From: Octopus sinensis
Lineage: Eukaryota
Length of the DNA stretch: 64,000 nt
Assembly (NCBI RefSeq): GCF_006345805.1
Contig: NC_042998.1
Location: 67,580,001-67,644,000, forward strand
Direction of reading: 5' to 3'
Shown: piece after piece, positions 42,271-57,170 of the stretch
How the letters are laid out: every line of letters starts with the position of its first letter
Numbering within the stretch: the first letter of the stretch is position 1
Notes under the pieces: generated by a model
What the model was told of the DNA's origin: nothing
What the model saw: only the letters and a program-made list of their open reading frames with translations
Database searches by the model: none
Position numbers and translations under genes: made by a program

Positions 42271-43199
42271 CAACATGTATGTATATATATATATATTATA
42301 TATATATAGTTCGAAAGTAGGTTTGGTATCAATAAGTGAATTGACCAATATCATTTGATATTTTTAGGTAATACCTAAATCGAAATTGTTTGTAGATGTG
42401 ATCAATTGAAAAAGTTCAATACTGATCATTTGTACCTTACATCCTAGTTGTTCTTTCTTGTTAAGCGTGAACGACATTGTGAAAATACAAGTGCTGCTAT
42501 AAATATTTACACAATTCTTGTGAAAACAAGCAAATAGTTGTCCAGATCAAAATGACTGATGATATTGAAATCATTGTAAGCAAAACTTCCTGTAAAAGGC
42601 AATGAATATATTCTTAACTTTGTTATAAACACAAACATTGCCACGACTCATTTCTGCAAAAGAGATATTTTATCTTATTTTGCAGCCAGCACTTGGAAGT
42701 TTAATAACGATGTTCATCTAAATATTATTTATGAGGTTCAGAGTAGACATTTATCTTCCTTAATATTGAAATCTGTGATCAACAATGTGCAGTAATATTT
42801 GCAATATTACTGCTACTATATATATTTAGCAACCTAGCTCATAATAGCTATTCAAAAACCATTAAGACTTACCTTGAAATGTTAAATTAAAATGATACTG
42901 ACCCACTAAAGGAAGATACTACTATCCACTGTTCTTAATTGACAGAATGTTTAGAATTGAATAAAATACGAACCTGTAATTAATTCCTGCTCTTTTCGAC
43001 AGGAGTTCAAATCTCGCAAATTTCAACATTATATTTCATCCTTCCGTTGTCGACATGACGAAGTACCAACCAAATCCAGTACATTAGCAGATTATTTAGA
43101 GCGATAAGCAAAATAATTTTTGGTATTAATCTCGGCTCTCTAATCTGTGAGTTGAAATCCTTCCAAACTAAACATTCCATTCGCTCTTTCCAATATCGA

Positions 43200-43750
43200 T
43201 ATCCTGAAATGATCTTACATCTGCGACTTGTTCGTCACTTCGAATCCGCAACACTGCTAACACCACAATGCACGCATTTATCGATATAGCCAAGCCTGAG
43301 TTCATACTCTGTGTTAGTATAATACACTCACTACGGATCGGGTTAATGACTTTCGTCCCTTTCTCGAGACATTCTTATTTGACTTTTGTTCTTATCAAAT
43401 TCTTTGAAATGGGTTATTTCTGAGCGACCTTACTTTGCAAATCCAGTCCCTCGATACAGTTTTCCATCTCTTAGCAACAACCAGAGACACTTCCAAAATA
43501 AAAGTGTTATATGAATTAGCCATTGAGTTATTTGTTTCCTGCAATTTGTATTGTCGCTCATCATTTTGTACTTGAAATCTTGAACTCTTTCAGTGAATTT
43601 TTCGATATTTCAGGCTAGAGACAACATTCTGGCTTTACTACGCACAGCATCGATTAAAATAAAACAATATCACAGCGCTAGTAGTGTCTTCTGTTTTTGT
43701 CAAACATTTGCCTGCTTTCTTTCTTTGTAAATAGAGGTTAGCAATTTTAT
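43200..43750 (-). mobile_element. Degenerate R4/Dong-like LINE fragment
   Basis: Minus strand shows remnants of the CCHC-region motif (R...ES..H/P.I.SEC..L.Q...VH). Confidence 0.4.
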
Positions 43751-44095
43751 TTTAATGTGGTATACTTATGCAGTGTGAGTAGTTTAGTTCTGTCCAATTC
43801 CAGTAGTTTTGTCTTTGCCCATTCAAAGAAAAGAGAGCAAAAAATATAGGCAGAAAACAAATATTCGTTGTCTTGATAATATTACTTCTGGTTAGTTTTG
43901 TTTGTATCAGCTTCCTAACCCTTCTCTTATACTGTTTGTTTAGTTTCTCATTTCTCTTCCCATTATTTTGTTATACAGCCGAAACTTTGCATAGTCCTAC
44001 TTTTCATTTTCTTCCTGTGATATCATGTTATCATTATACTCCCAGATTAAATCTTTCGACCGCATTTTATAAAGCTTTACTGCAACTTCTACAAA

Positions 44096-44191
<96 letters not shown>

Positions 44192-44610
44192 TAGCAGAAT
44201 CGTTAGCACACGGGAATCTTGTTCATTTTCATGTTCTGGGTTCAAATTACGCCGAGGTAGACTTTGCCTTTCATCCTTTCTGGATTGATACAAAAAGTAC
44301 CAGTTGTACACTGGGGTCGATGCAATCGACTTGCTCCCTCCGACGAAATTTCTGGCCTTGTTCCAAAATTTAAAATCATTGTTATTGCTATCATTATTTT
44401 AAGGCGGCGAGTAGGCAGAATCATGAGGACGCCGGGAAAAATGTTTAGCAGCATTTCGTTCGTCTTAAAGTTCCCAGTACAAATTTCACCCAAGTCGACT
44501 GTGGTTTCATTCGTTCGGTGGTCGATAAAATATGTACCAGTTGCGAACCACGGTCGTTAAAATTGATTAGTTTCTCCCATCAAAATTGTAGGCCTTTTGT
44601 CAAAATTTGA
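44192..44610 (+). mobile_element. Two tandem SINE family B copies after (CTA)n
   Basis: GCAGAATCGTTAGCAC..GGGTTCAAATTACGCCGAGGTAGACTTTGCCTTTCATCC, and a second head AAGGCGGCGAGTAGGCAGAATC at 44401. Confidence 0.8.
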
Positions 44611-44739
44611 AGCAATTATTGTTGTTGTCGCTATTGCTGCTGTTGTTGTCGTTATTATTGTTGCTATTATTGTTGTTGTTGTTGTTGTTAAGCTATTACT
44701 TGTCAATTTAATTACCAGGAATATTAACTTCAGGTTTGA

Positions 44740-46030
44740 TGACATGTCTCTTCAAATCTTTCTTACAAAAATACAGAATTGCCGGTAGATAATATGATTC
44801 TCGGTAGCAATACCGTTCAGCCTCTTAGGTAGCATTTGGGTTTGGTGCCAATTTCCAACTTAGTCTATCACAATCACTTCAGTCTCTTTGGCTAATATTT
44901 CTCAATTTTCTAAATTTCTTTGGCAACCATTCAGTTGCCATTTTTGACCTTACACTGTTTTTGTTTTTTTTTAATCTCTTGAGTCATATCTGGTCTTCTT
45001 GATTCAGTAGTATTTTTATCTTTTACTTAATTCTGTTATAAGACTGCGGCTATAGTGGGGCACCGCCTTGATGAATTTTGTCGATGAATCGACCCCAGTA
45101 CTTTAAGCATGGTACTTGTTCTATCACTGCTAAGTTACACAAACATCACTTGTCAAGCGATGTTTGGGACAAACACAAGCACAAAGACGCATGCACACAC
45201 TCACACACATATATATATACATATAATGTATATATATATAATATATATATATATATAATATATATATATATATATAATATATATATATATATATGTAGGT
45301 AGGTATGTATATATATGTGTGTGTATATATAGATAGATAGAGAGAGAGTGAGAGAGAGATGTATATGCACATGGCGGATTTCTAAGTTTCTGTCTATCAA
45401 ATCCAATCACAAGACTTTGGTCGGCTCGAAGATATAGCAGATGACACTTACTCAAAGTGCCACGCAGTGAACTGAATCAGGAACCACGTGGTTGGGAAGC
45501 AAACTTCTTACCACATACCCAGAGTAGGGTCGGTCTCTATGGAGAAATACAATAAAATCCAGTAATTCTTATTCCCTACCAAAGCTTCTGGCTCGTGTCC
45601 AGACTACTTTTGTCTTGCTATGAATCCATACATTCGGCAAACATTCCAATGCATTCTTTTACTAACACAATGATGGCTGCATTTATACTCTTTTTATGAA
45701 AGCTTACTGCATCTAATTAAGAGTTGTCTAATATGTCTTCTGTTCCAGATTCTGTGTTCACTGTCTGACTGTCTTTTATCAATCTTTGCCTTTATCAAAT
45801 TCGTTGACCCTAGCGGTTGTAGTCAATGATTCGGTTTCTCATATGAAGTTTTTTTTTTTACTTTCAGCACATCTTTTATGCTGCCTGATTTGGCCCAATG
45901 TAAATTGCAGCTATTTTCAGTCTGATCTTCTTTTGTTCTTGAACTCTTCTACGATTTCAATAATTCCATTATTGTTATTATTTTGAGTACTCTATTTTGG
46001 TTCACTCCTTTCTGAAATAGTATTCTATAA
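44740..46030 (-). mobile_element. Degenerate R4/Dong-like LINE fragment interrupted by a SINE A copy (45030-45515, minus)
   Basis: Minus strand gives 'HWNVCRMYGF..HEPE' (~45590-45650) and 'ESRRPDM' (~44990). The SINE A head and tail are recognisable between them. Confidence 0.6.
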
Positions 46031-47786
46031 CACTTATTTTTCCGTTTCGAGATCTATAGGAATGGCCTTTGTTAGTTTGTTTATTATATTTGATATTTAG
46101 TTGGAAATTCTGTTGAGATTTGTCATGAAATAGGAGAGGTAAGGCAAATTCAATGGAGACACATTTACATTGTATTTATTAGAGCCCAGGTATTATAAAC
46201 AACAAATTGACTGACAGTATTTAATGGATACAGGGCGGTGGATGGACATATTGTGCCAATTTCCTCACTTATGATTAAAGAAAATCCAGTAAACCCGTCA
46301 TTTGACATACCATTATCGTAAAGCTTTAGTCCTAGTAATGTTTTAAACTACGTTGAATGAATTTCACTATCTCATGCTTGTATCTTAGTGAAAATGTGTT
46401 TGTATATTTCTACGCATACATTGATACATTTACGCTTTAATATGCAAATATGTGATCGTTACTGAAACATATTCAACAGAGTTTACATACTGATTCATTA
46501 CAGATCATCACTTAATAATTCCGATTAGATCTGTTCTCGGCAATTTCTAGCACCACAGGCAGGAGATGCTCCGGGGTTCCAGTAATTCCTTCGTTTGTTC
46601 GTTCGTTCGACCAATCCAATTAGCCATTCGTATTTCTCTTATCAAACACCTTATTAAGGATCAACATGTATTCTGTCGCAATCCCAATACACCATGCAGC
46701 AGTATCAAGGTGGTTTGATTGCAAATAAGAATACTGATTGAACAATGCTTCATTTAACTACTTCGTAGCCATAATTCTTCATGAACAAAGATGACCGTAG
46801 GCTTCCAGTAACAACAGACCACATAGTGTTGAATATAAATTGCAGCAATCCATAGTAAAAACAAAAATCGATCAGTTTGATCAAGTAAACAAATTAAGTA
46901 AGTTCTCAACCAATTAAGACTCGTAATCCACACTTTGTACTATCGGCCAACACCAAGATTGGTCGGAAAGATGTGGAAGGCATAGCAATTTGCAGCGATC
47001 ATTGATCGAGAAAACTACAGTTAACTACTATATCTTGCCAACATAAACATTCTTTTCTATGCCTAATATTTGTTTTCCAGTGAATAGAAAAATCTTAATA
47101 ATTACATTTACACACTATGCACAATAATGAATTGAATTCAATAAAAAAGAAATAAAATGGACACATGTGCTTGCTTACATATATTTGCATATGGACTTGT
47201 GTATATATGCTGTATAGAAATGTGTGTATGCGATAGAAAAGTCGTAACTTTTGAGTAAAATTAGTTCACGTCAGTATTTCGATTTCCTGTTGAAATTGTT
47301 TCACTTTGATTCTCAAAAACTAGTAAAAGCAAGAATAACGCCACAAAATGTTCAATGCCCTAGTAATTTTATTCTCCATATTTATGGTACGCGCATGTGT
47401 GTGTAGGTGTGTGTACATATGCAGCATAGAGTGAGTGCAAGAGAGAATGAGAAGCACAGGCAGACGGACAAAACCATATAGATATGGAAACATACAGACA
47501 TAAATACATATATATGCGTGGCCTAGCAGTTAGGGAAATCGATTAATAAATATGAAATCGTGGGATCGACATCTGGACCAAGCAATGCGCCGGACCTTGT
47601 GGAATACATTTTAAGTTTATCCACACAACATAACTGAAAATAAGTAACAATTCAGGGGTTCGATCGCTTTTTCATCCGCGATATTCTGCTCGATCAAAGA
47701 CATTGTCTGCACGCATCTACATATGAAACAATAACATAGTACATGGTGAAGACCATACAACTCTGCGACTGACAGCTACATGCTTA

Positions 47787-47851
<65 letters not shown>

Positions 47852-48311
47852 ATGTATGTATATATGTATGTATGTATGTATTTGTATATGTATACGCAGA
47901 CAGCTACGCCGGCAATCTGAATAGACGTCGTAAATATTTTATCGTTCTTTTTTCTCTGACCCCAGCATCTTTAATACTTATTCTTCTCTTTGATGAATGA
48001 AACAATCTACACTTTGAATATTCTTTTGTTTCATTGTTTATAATATCTATCTTTGTAGTCTACTCTTTTGATTCTCGTTTTTTTTAATTGACATTTCTAC
48101 GCCTTCTTCGTTCACGTACTTTCGCTTATCTGACTCGGCGTCTTTTCATTGATCATATATTTTTCTTCGTGATCTTACTCGTTTTATTCCTTCCATACAC
48201 ATACACGATATATATGGGTATATATATTATACATAATATATTTGAATATGGATATTTTATAATATATGTGCACATAAATATTCATATACATACATATATA
48301 TATATACATAC

Positions 48312-48365
<54 letters not shown>

Positions 48366-48389
48366 ATTTGACACTGAATTATTGGAAGT

Positions 48390-48432
48390 CCACCTGAAGA
48401 TTGTCGATCAAGACAAGAGACGATTGTAGTGG
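48390..48432 (+). ncRNA. Type I hammerhead motif with core mutation GAAA>GAGA, within repeat 48385-48525
   Basis: CCAC CUGAAGA UUGUC-GAUCAA-GACAA GAGA CGAUUG UA GUGG; homologous to 54012-54054. Confidence 0.75.
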
Positions 48433-48627
48433 CGGTTTTTTTGACTATTTATTAAAATTTTATGTATTGATTAAGTCTTTCCTTGTTTGTTTTGCAAAAT
48501 AGTGGTTTTGTCTCTAATAATATTTTATATATATATATATATATATTTACACATATCTGTATACACATACATATATCTATATCTATATGCATGTATGTAT
48601 GTATACACACACACACACACACACACA

Positions 48628-48674
<47 letters not shown>

Positions 48675-49328
48675 CAAGAATATAAAAAAATATCTGTTTG
48701 CTCCAAACTTCTGATACGCTCGTTTACTCCTCGGAGTGTCTCGCTAAACATATACTTTCAAACATCAGTATGTCCCCTCGTTGATAGTTGCTCTGATGTG
48801 TACAACAATCACATACATCCTACTTCATTGACGATCGACTTTGGCGATTCCAGAAAATCTCGCAAATACACACACACACACACATACACTCACATTTATA
48901 TACATACATTCAGATTTCACTTACGCAAAGCAAGACTATCAACCTAGTGTATATATCAATACACTAGGTTATACAGTACGGTCCAGTGCACAATGCTGGA
49001 TGAGTACAGATAGGTAATCGAAACTAAATGATGACAACTGAGAAACAAATATTACTTATTCAACTTCATTACCTTACAGTAGTTTCTACTCTTAGATGTG
49101 GTGAACTCTTAGTTGAGTACCAAGATAACATCCAATAGCTTCATGGGAGCCTTGAATATGAAGAGCTCTTTATTTGGGCAAGTTACATTTGCGGAAGGCA
49201 TAGGCGTTATGAGTGAGAAACTTTATGTTGATGGTTACGCAAGGAATCGATGCAAATGTGTCGAAACGATCGTCGTGATTAATATATCTCATGAATACCA
49301 ATTTGTGTTTTTATCCTTTATAAATATT

Positions 49329-49365
<37 letters not shown>

Positions 49366-49582
49366 AAAGCAGCATACATGCAGACTAACATATATAGATA
49401 CACATTCTCCAATATATAGGTGCGTACATATCCATTTACGTACATACATATATTTCTGTTTCTTTTTTTTTTGGTGTATTTTTAACAAATTAAATGAAAT
49501 AATGGTTCTATTAAGATTTATCTTGATATTGCCAAAGAAAATATAGAAAGAAAACAGTGATCGAAACGTGTGTAATATAGTT

Positions 49583-49637
<55 letters not shown>

Positions 49638-51579
49638 CATATATACATATATACACACACACATATATATATATATATACACATACATACATACATATAC
49701 ACACACACACATATATATATATACATTTATACATATGTCTATATAAAAGCATATATGTGCATGTATATATATACATGCGTATATATGTAAGTATTCTTAC
49801 ACTCACATACACACACACACTCCTGAGTATACAATAAAGACAGACACATATTCTTTTGAATATAGCAATCGAATAATGAGAGGAAGGATGGGAAAGATGG
49901 GGGAGAGGGAGAAGAAATGACAGACGTACAGAAAGCATGGTATTTGCTAATATGTTAATATTAGATAGTCCGTCTTTATTCATAATCTAAGCCATTGTGT
50001 CTTGACATCAGAATGCCACAAACTCGAAGATCAAACGATTGTTGTGATGACGTCGAAAGTCAAAAGTCATTCTTACTAAAGTAACCAATAAAAAAAATAA
50101 CGATTTCTTACTTAAACAGAAGTATGGTAATAAGATCGTGCAACCTTCGTGCTCTTTTGAATAGTTTTGTGGTCATACGTGCTCTTTTCAATGGCTTTGT
50201 AAGTGGACGTCAAAGAAACCATACATTGCAAGATAAACAAAAGGGGCTCTTTTATTCAGATAACATTTATTTTATTGACACCGATTTTTACGGTGTTCTT
50301 TAACTAGGCGGAGATAAGTAGCGCCCAGGGATCAATAGCAAAACCCTAGAGATTGGTGGGAGAAAAGTACAAAGACCTTCATATATTTATATCAGAGACT
50401 TGATGAGAATACTTGTACTAAATGCGCCAAAAGAACAGATGTGTGTAGTAATATAACGTGCGGTGGATGAAATATACCACCCACGAATAGATACAGTCCC
50501 TTCCTAGACTACTGCAATAGTTTTGCCGCCCAATTTTCAGTCACACTGTTTGAGCTGTCTTGTCACCTTAGCAGGAGACACATGCCCGATGATATACGCA
50601 TACGAATATTTCGGAAACCTGTGATTTTGAACAAATCCCCTACGAAGAGAAATATACGTCCATACCTGCTGGCTTCCGATTCTCACCAAAATGTTTGACA
50701 AATAGAATAATTTGGTTTGGTGAGCTGTAAATCCAATAAATCTATTGTTCGACCTCAATGTTTTGGGCTTGCTTCACCTCATCGCCGATTCGCATGGCTG
50801 AGCCCTGTATCTAAATACAATACAATCATAGTATAAATTATATTTACACAGTAAAATATACAAATTATTCTAATAACACACTCATAATTTTAGTGTGCTA
50901 CCAACATATTAACAGTATAAATAATGTTATTTTATCGTGGCCTTTTATAGTTTTAAAATCCAGATGTTAGATGCAGCAGATCAATGTCTATCGCCGTCTA
51001 CAGGTTCACCGAAACTAGTCAGAGAATGGCAGGTATTTACCTTCGCACTGCATGCCTGCATCTGTGCTAGAAATATTGGATATCAACGTTAAATACATCC
51101 AGTAATAAAATTCTGAATTGACATCACTTGCTTCGCGAGAATTAGGAGTGTCCATTCAACGTTATCCCTCACATTCTTCGTCTACTAAATTTCATTTGCA
51201 AACCTGGTCCGACTCGTGCCAAAAGGGCCTTGTATATAATGCCAGACAGTTGGATTCAGCTTGAAATCATATGGCATGTAGGCGAAAGAAATTCTGAACC
51301 ATACAGCTACCTAATCTCATATCAACCACTAGTCATGCATTTTCTCAGGTCAGCAATTCGTTCATGCCTGCACCAGGTGATTGAGATACATAGATACGTA
51401 ACTATAATTCCATTCCCAGAATATGAAACACTGAATCTTGTTCCAGAATTTCCATAACTTGTCTAAGTTTGCTGATAATTGTAATGTATAATTTCTCCAG
51501 AATGGAATCTGGTAGATTTGAGTTAATGTGTATATATTAACGTGCAGCACAAATTATAAGTTAATGTGTTTCAGGCGCA

Positions 51580-51625
<46 letters not shown>

Positions 51626-52105
51626 GTAACTCTACACTTTAACGGTTGCAAATGATAAAGCTTCAAAGTTTCTGGCTACCAATCAGTTTTCGGCTGTGAT
51701 TACTAATCAAACAGTGGTCTAGTTTAGCGTGTAAAACGGCGCCAATCTCTAAAGAGACATCCGACGGAAGAATGATTAACCCGTAACCAGCCAGAAAACC
51801 AGTCAGACAGCCAACCAGCCATAATAAGTAGAATAATGTTAGTTAGTTACAAGGCAGTTATCTATACAACAAACATCTGTACTACGGCTGATAAACATTA
51901 AACCATACTCACAGACACGCAGACTCACACAAACACACGCACATACGTGGTGGCATATATAGACTTAAAACAATAATCAATACTGTAAAGTAATTTAGGC
52001 AATTATTTCCATATATTTTGCCTACTTCAGCTGAAAATATTTTGTCCCAAACTACCATAAACTATATTCTCTGCTCTCATATCTCAGTAAATAATGCATC
52101 ATGCA

Positions 52106-52182
<77 letters not shown>

Positions 52183-52327
52183 GTGTATGTATATATACAT
52201 GTTTATGTATATATGTATGCATATATAAATGTATGTATGTATATATATATACATATATATATATATATGTGTGTGTGGTGTGTGTGTGTTTGAATGTATA
52301 TATATAAATGTATACATATGTATATAT

Positions 52328-52800
52328 CTATATATTTATAAGATACTTTGATAAGTTTCGGCCATTATTGGCCCAGGCCATGTCTAACTTAATAGCACTA
52401 CCTGGTGAAGTCTTCCAAGTCAGAATTTGGGCACTATGGCCCACTCAAGTAGAGAGTTATTGTTTACAGAGACATATCCGGGTGTAGGGGGTTTATTTGG
52501 GATTTCTTGAAGGAATCTGTCCAAAGACTTCTTGAACCCTATAGGGTCTGTTTCTGTTTTAAGTTTTAATGTGTTTTGGTGTAATGTTAAAGAGAGCGGG
52601 GCCAATTGAGGTGAAAAAATTGTGCCGTATTGTTGTTATGAGATGAGAGTGCGATTTTTGTTTTGGGCGGATGGCACGGGGCCCAAGCCTTGGATGTACC
52701 TTAAAGGTGATGCCAACATCATTTGGGCAATGCTGATGGAATATTTTCCACATCATGCAGATGATGTAGCGCACACGGCGCTAGCATCGCGGCGCTACAT
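52328..52800 (-). mobile_element. CR1-clade LINE 3' fragment
   Basis: 'RYIICMMWKI...FFTSIGPALFNITPKHIK' and 'FKKSLDRFLQEIPNKP..PGY...NNSL'. 3' UTR is shared with 55400-55465. Confidence 0.85.
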
Positions 52801-53056
52801 ATATAATTACAAATTTGTTATTTTACCAAATGGACCACAACTTCAATTTCAGGGCAACTTTATTTTCTAGAGTACACATGGAAAGTTATAGCCAAAATAC
52901 TAATCTAATAATACAAGCATTTTAAACCCTACTATAACGTACAATAAATCAAATTACATTAGAATTAATAATAAAGTATTAATTATTTAAATATATTGTT
53001 CAAATATATATACCCTACCTGTTATTAGTCTGTGAGGAAGGAAGATAGCATTGATC

Positions 53057-53141
53057 AACGCTACAAGTATTTCTACCCTGGTCGTTTGTTTTACCAGGTT
53101 ATACATAATACATAAATCCACCAGTGCGTCCTCAGGCTATT
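53057..53141 (-). ncRNA. Degenerate type I hammerhead motif
   Basis: Minus strand reads AAUAGC CUGAGGA CGCACUGGU...ACCAGGGUA GAAA UACUUG UA GCGUU. Core intact, helices imperfect. Confidence 0.5.
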
Positions 53142-53276
53142 TTTCTCTGTTCATATTATTATCAATGGATCCAACTCAATCCTACAAATTATATATATGC
53201 CTATATATATGTATATATATATATATATATAGTATATATATATGTATATATATGTATATATATATGTATATATATA

Positions 53277-53324
<48 letters not shown>

Positions 53325-53396
53325 GTATATATATATGTATTATATATGTATATATATATGTATATAATATATATGTATGTATATATGTATATGTAT

Positions 53397-53427
<31 letters not shown>

Positions 53428-53573
53428 TATAATATATATATGTATATATGTATATGTATATATATATATATGTATATATATGTATATATATATATGTCTG
53501 TATATAATATATATGTATATATATGTATGTATATATATATGTATATATATATATATGTATGTATATATATATG

Positions 53574-53604
<31 letters not shown>

Positions 53605-53803
53605 CTATATATATGTTATGCATATATATATATATGTATATATATATGTATCTATATATATGTATGCATATATATATGTATATATATGTATGTATATATA
53701 TATATGTATGTATATATGTATGTATATTTATATATATATGTATATATATATATATGTATGTATATATGTATGTATTTATATATAATGTATATATATATAT
53801 GTA

Positions 53804-54230
53804 TATATAATATAATTCGAGACAAAACCACTATTTTGCAAAACAAACAAGGAAAGACTTAATCAATACATAAAAAATTTTAATATAAAGAAAGAAACCG
53901 GCACTACAATCGTTTCATGTCTTCAATGACATTCGTCAGGTGGATTTTCGATCTCCTAATCTGTTTTAATTCATGACTTCATAAATTAAAACAGATTAGG
54001 AGATCGAAAATCCACCTGACGAATGTCATTGAAGACATGAAACGATTGTAGTGGCGGGTTTTTTCTTTATATTAAAAATTTTTATGTATTGATTAAGTCT
54101 TTCCTTGTTTGTTTGCAAAAATAGTGGTTTTGTCTCGAATTATATTATATAATATTTTACTATAAAATTGGATTTAATCCTAAATCTGATTTTTCCCTGT
54201 AAATTTGGATTTATTCCCTAATATTTATTA
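53804..54230. mobile_element. Head-to-head inverted duplication (~170-bp arms) of an HHR-bearing element; Penelope-like inverted structure
   Basis: 53804-53976 is the near-perfect reverse complement of 53979-54151. The + arm extends to ~54230. The structure is embedded in (TA)n. Confidence 0.85.
54012..54054 (+). ncRNA. Type I hammerhead ribozyme, intact (mirror copy at 53901-53943, minus)
   Basis: CCAC CUGACGA AUGUC-AUUGAA-GACAU GAAA CGAUUG UA GUGG. All core nucleotides are present, helix III ACGAUUGU is self-complementary with G-U pairs, and predicted cleavage is after 54050. Confidence 0.85.
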
Positions 54231-54303
54231 TTATATATGTAATATATATATATATGTATATATATGTATATATATATATGTATGTATATATATATATAGT
54301 ATG

Positions 54304-54337
<34 letters not shown>

Positions 54338-54652
54338 ATATGTATGTTTATGTATGTATATATATATATATATATGTATGTATATATATATATATGTATG
54401 TATATATATGAATGTATATATATATATGTATGTATATATATATATATATAATATATATATATATATGTATGTATGTATATATATATATGGATATATATAT
54501 ATGTATAGATATATATGTATAGATATATAGTATGTATATATATGTATATATATATATGTATATATATGCATAGATATATATGTATGTATATATATGTATA
54601 TATATATGTATATATATGAATGTATATATATATATATGTATATTATGAAATG

Positions 54653-54693
<41 letters not shown>

Positions 54694-54749
54694 TGTATAT
54701 ATGTATATATCTATGTATATATATGAATGTATATCTTATATATATGTAT

Positions 54750-55465
54750 CGCTCACAGCATTTAATATCAGAGACCTGGGTGTAATTGTAGATAACAATC
54801 TCAGTTGGAGTGCCCACATCAACAATAAGGTCGACATAGCTCGTAGGATGATCGCCTGGATCTTAAGTACCTTCCGGTCCAGAGAACGAGGTGTCATCAT
54901 TACACTTTTCTCCTCATTTGTACGGCCATACCTCGAATGCTGCTGCCCCCTGTGGGCTTCCCATACAAAACAAAATATCTCGAGGATTGAGTCACCCCAG
55001 AGAGGACTCAATAAACGAATTGAAGGCATGACTGATCTCGATTATTGGGACCGCCTGAAAGTCTTGAAATTCTACTCTCTGCAGCGCCGCCGCGAGCGGT
55101 ACATAATTTGTACAAAGTAGAGAATATACCGCCATCATTGCCCAAATGACCTGAACGTTAGTTTCAAGGTTCATCCAAGGCTGAGACTACGGGCCATACG
55201 TCCCTTGCCTAATTCAGGATCACAACATATAGTTATTCTGCTCTGCCCTGTTTAACATTGTCCCGAAAGAGATCAAAGAGGACAGATTCCTTCAAGGAAT
55301 ACCGGATAAGCCACCCATACCTGAATACAACTCACTCAACAAGAAATCACTACTTGAATGGACTATAAACAAATTTAGATAATACTATTTAGATAATACT
55401 ATCAGGTGGTGCTATTAAGTTAGACATGGCCTGGGCAAATCTTTGGTCGAAACATATGTAAGTTT
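54750..55465 (+). mobile_element. CR1-clade LINE 3' fragment (RT C-terminus)
   Basis: '[87 protein letters not shown]'; ends in (TA)n. Confidence 0.92.
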
Positions 55466-55496
55466 ATATATATATATGTATATAGATATGTGTATA

Positions 55497-55563
<67 letters not shown>

Positions 55564-55572
55564 GTATATATG

Positions 55573-55603
<31 letters not shown>

Positions 55604-56639
55604 GTTTATATATATGTATGTATATGTATGTATGTATATATATATGTATGTATACACACCTCATATTCAGTTATTTTTTAATTATATCGAGGGGAAGCTA
55701 ATTTTTCCCTTCGTGTATTTCATGGTTTATCTCATCATTAAACAGTTTAGCTTTCTTTCCCATTCACTTATTTATTTATTCCGCCCCTCATTTTCACGGT
55801 ACTCTAAACACCTAATCATCTAAATTGATTTAAGTGTAACTGAAACAATCTAAAAAATAACTGTGAACAATAAAATCCGATATGCTATTAATCGATAACA
55901 AAAACAAAACTAATCATAGCTTTGTTTCTCGATAATATTAAAGAGCATGAGAGAAGAGAGTGCGTTAAAAATATTTCGACATGCTTCACTGATGAAGAGT
56001 TGTTCAACCATGAATGCTATTTTATTAATTAATTCAAATTATCTGAATATATTTTTCAAATTAACGGACAAAAGTAAAACAATGCTACTTCTCTGTTGTT
56101 CAGTTATTTGGAGTTTGATTCCTTAGTTAATTAGAGCTTGTTTGTTTGTTTTTTACCTCAGACAAGTGCTTCACTTAGCTTTATTTGATACTTAAATACC
56201 GTTTAAGAGAAAAACGATCGGAGCCCTAAAAGTAGGGCAACGTTCATACTGAAATTTTGATATAAAGGTTTATGTGAGTAACGTTATAGCTCTATTATTA
56301 AATTCATTTCCCATTTACGTTTTAATGACAAGTTTGGAAATATTGATTTTATACATATATAGAATTCTATTAATTTTTAGGAATCATGAAATGTTCATAG
56401 TTTCTATAAGAGTTTAGAAATTATAAACAAAATGAAATTTTGAGAATCCCTACCAGATTATGGTGTTGTATGAGTATCAGCTTATTCTATTTCTCATTTA
56501 TCACCATACCATATACTCCACGAAATAGTTCAGCAAGCATGTAAAAATTTGTTAGCATTAGAGAGGGAGGAATGAAAAATATGCATTTGTGCATATCCCT
56601 GGGAAATGGACTTCGCAGTTGAAGTGAACTAGAAAAAGC

Positions 56640-57155
56640 ATCGAGTTGGCAGAATGGTTCCTGCGCCGGACAAAATGCTTAGCAGCATTTCTTCCGACTT
56701 TATGTTCTGAGTTAAAATGCCACTGGAGTTGACTGAACCCTTCATCCTTTCGGGGTCGTTAAAATAAGTGTTAGTTGATCACTGGGATCACTATAATCGA
56801 CTTACCTGCTTCCTCAGAATTATTGGCCCTGTGCCAATATTTGTTTACCAAAAAACTGTGAGCTGGCAAAACCGTTCGACTTTACCTTTCATCCTTTAAG
56901 GGCCAATAAAATAAGTGCTAGTTGAGCACTGGAGTTGATGTCGTTGATTAAAACCACCCACAAGATTTCAGGCCTTGTGTCTTATAGTAGAAAGTAGTTC
57001 TTGGGACATTTTACTTTCCATGTCCAACTGCTACCCAAGTCGACTTTGCCTTAAATTCTTTAGGAGTCGATAAAATATGTAGCCGACAAGTACTGGGGTC
57101 GATGTAATTGCCCTTTCCCTTCCATCAAGGTCGCTGACCTTGTGCTAAAATTTCA
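56640..57155 (+). mobile_element. Cluster of three diverged SINE family B copies (another at ~57640-57850)
   Basis: Repeated CGAGTTGGCAGAA heads and CCTTTCATCCTTT..GTCGATAAAAT cores. Confidence 0.75.
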
Positions 57156-57170
57156 AATAATTATTTGTTT

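Noticed and set aside
53051-54817. Long ORFs rich in Y/I/C/V/H/T here and throughout the window
   Set aside because: They are translations of (TA)n, (TG)n and (TATG)n microsatellites, not proteins.
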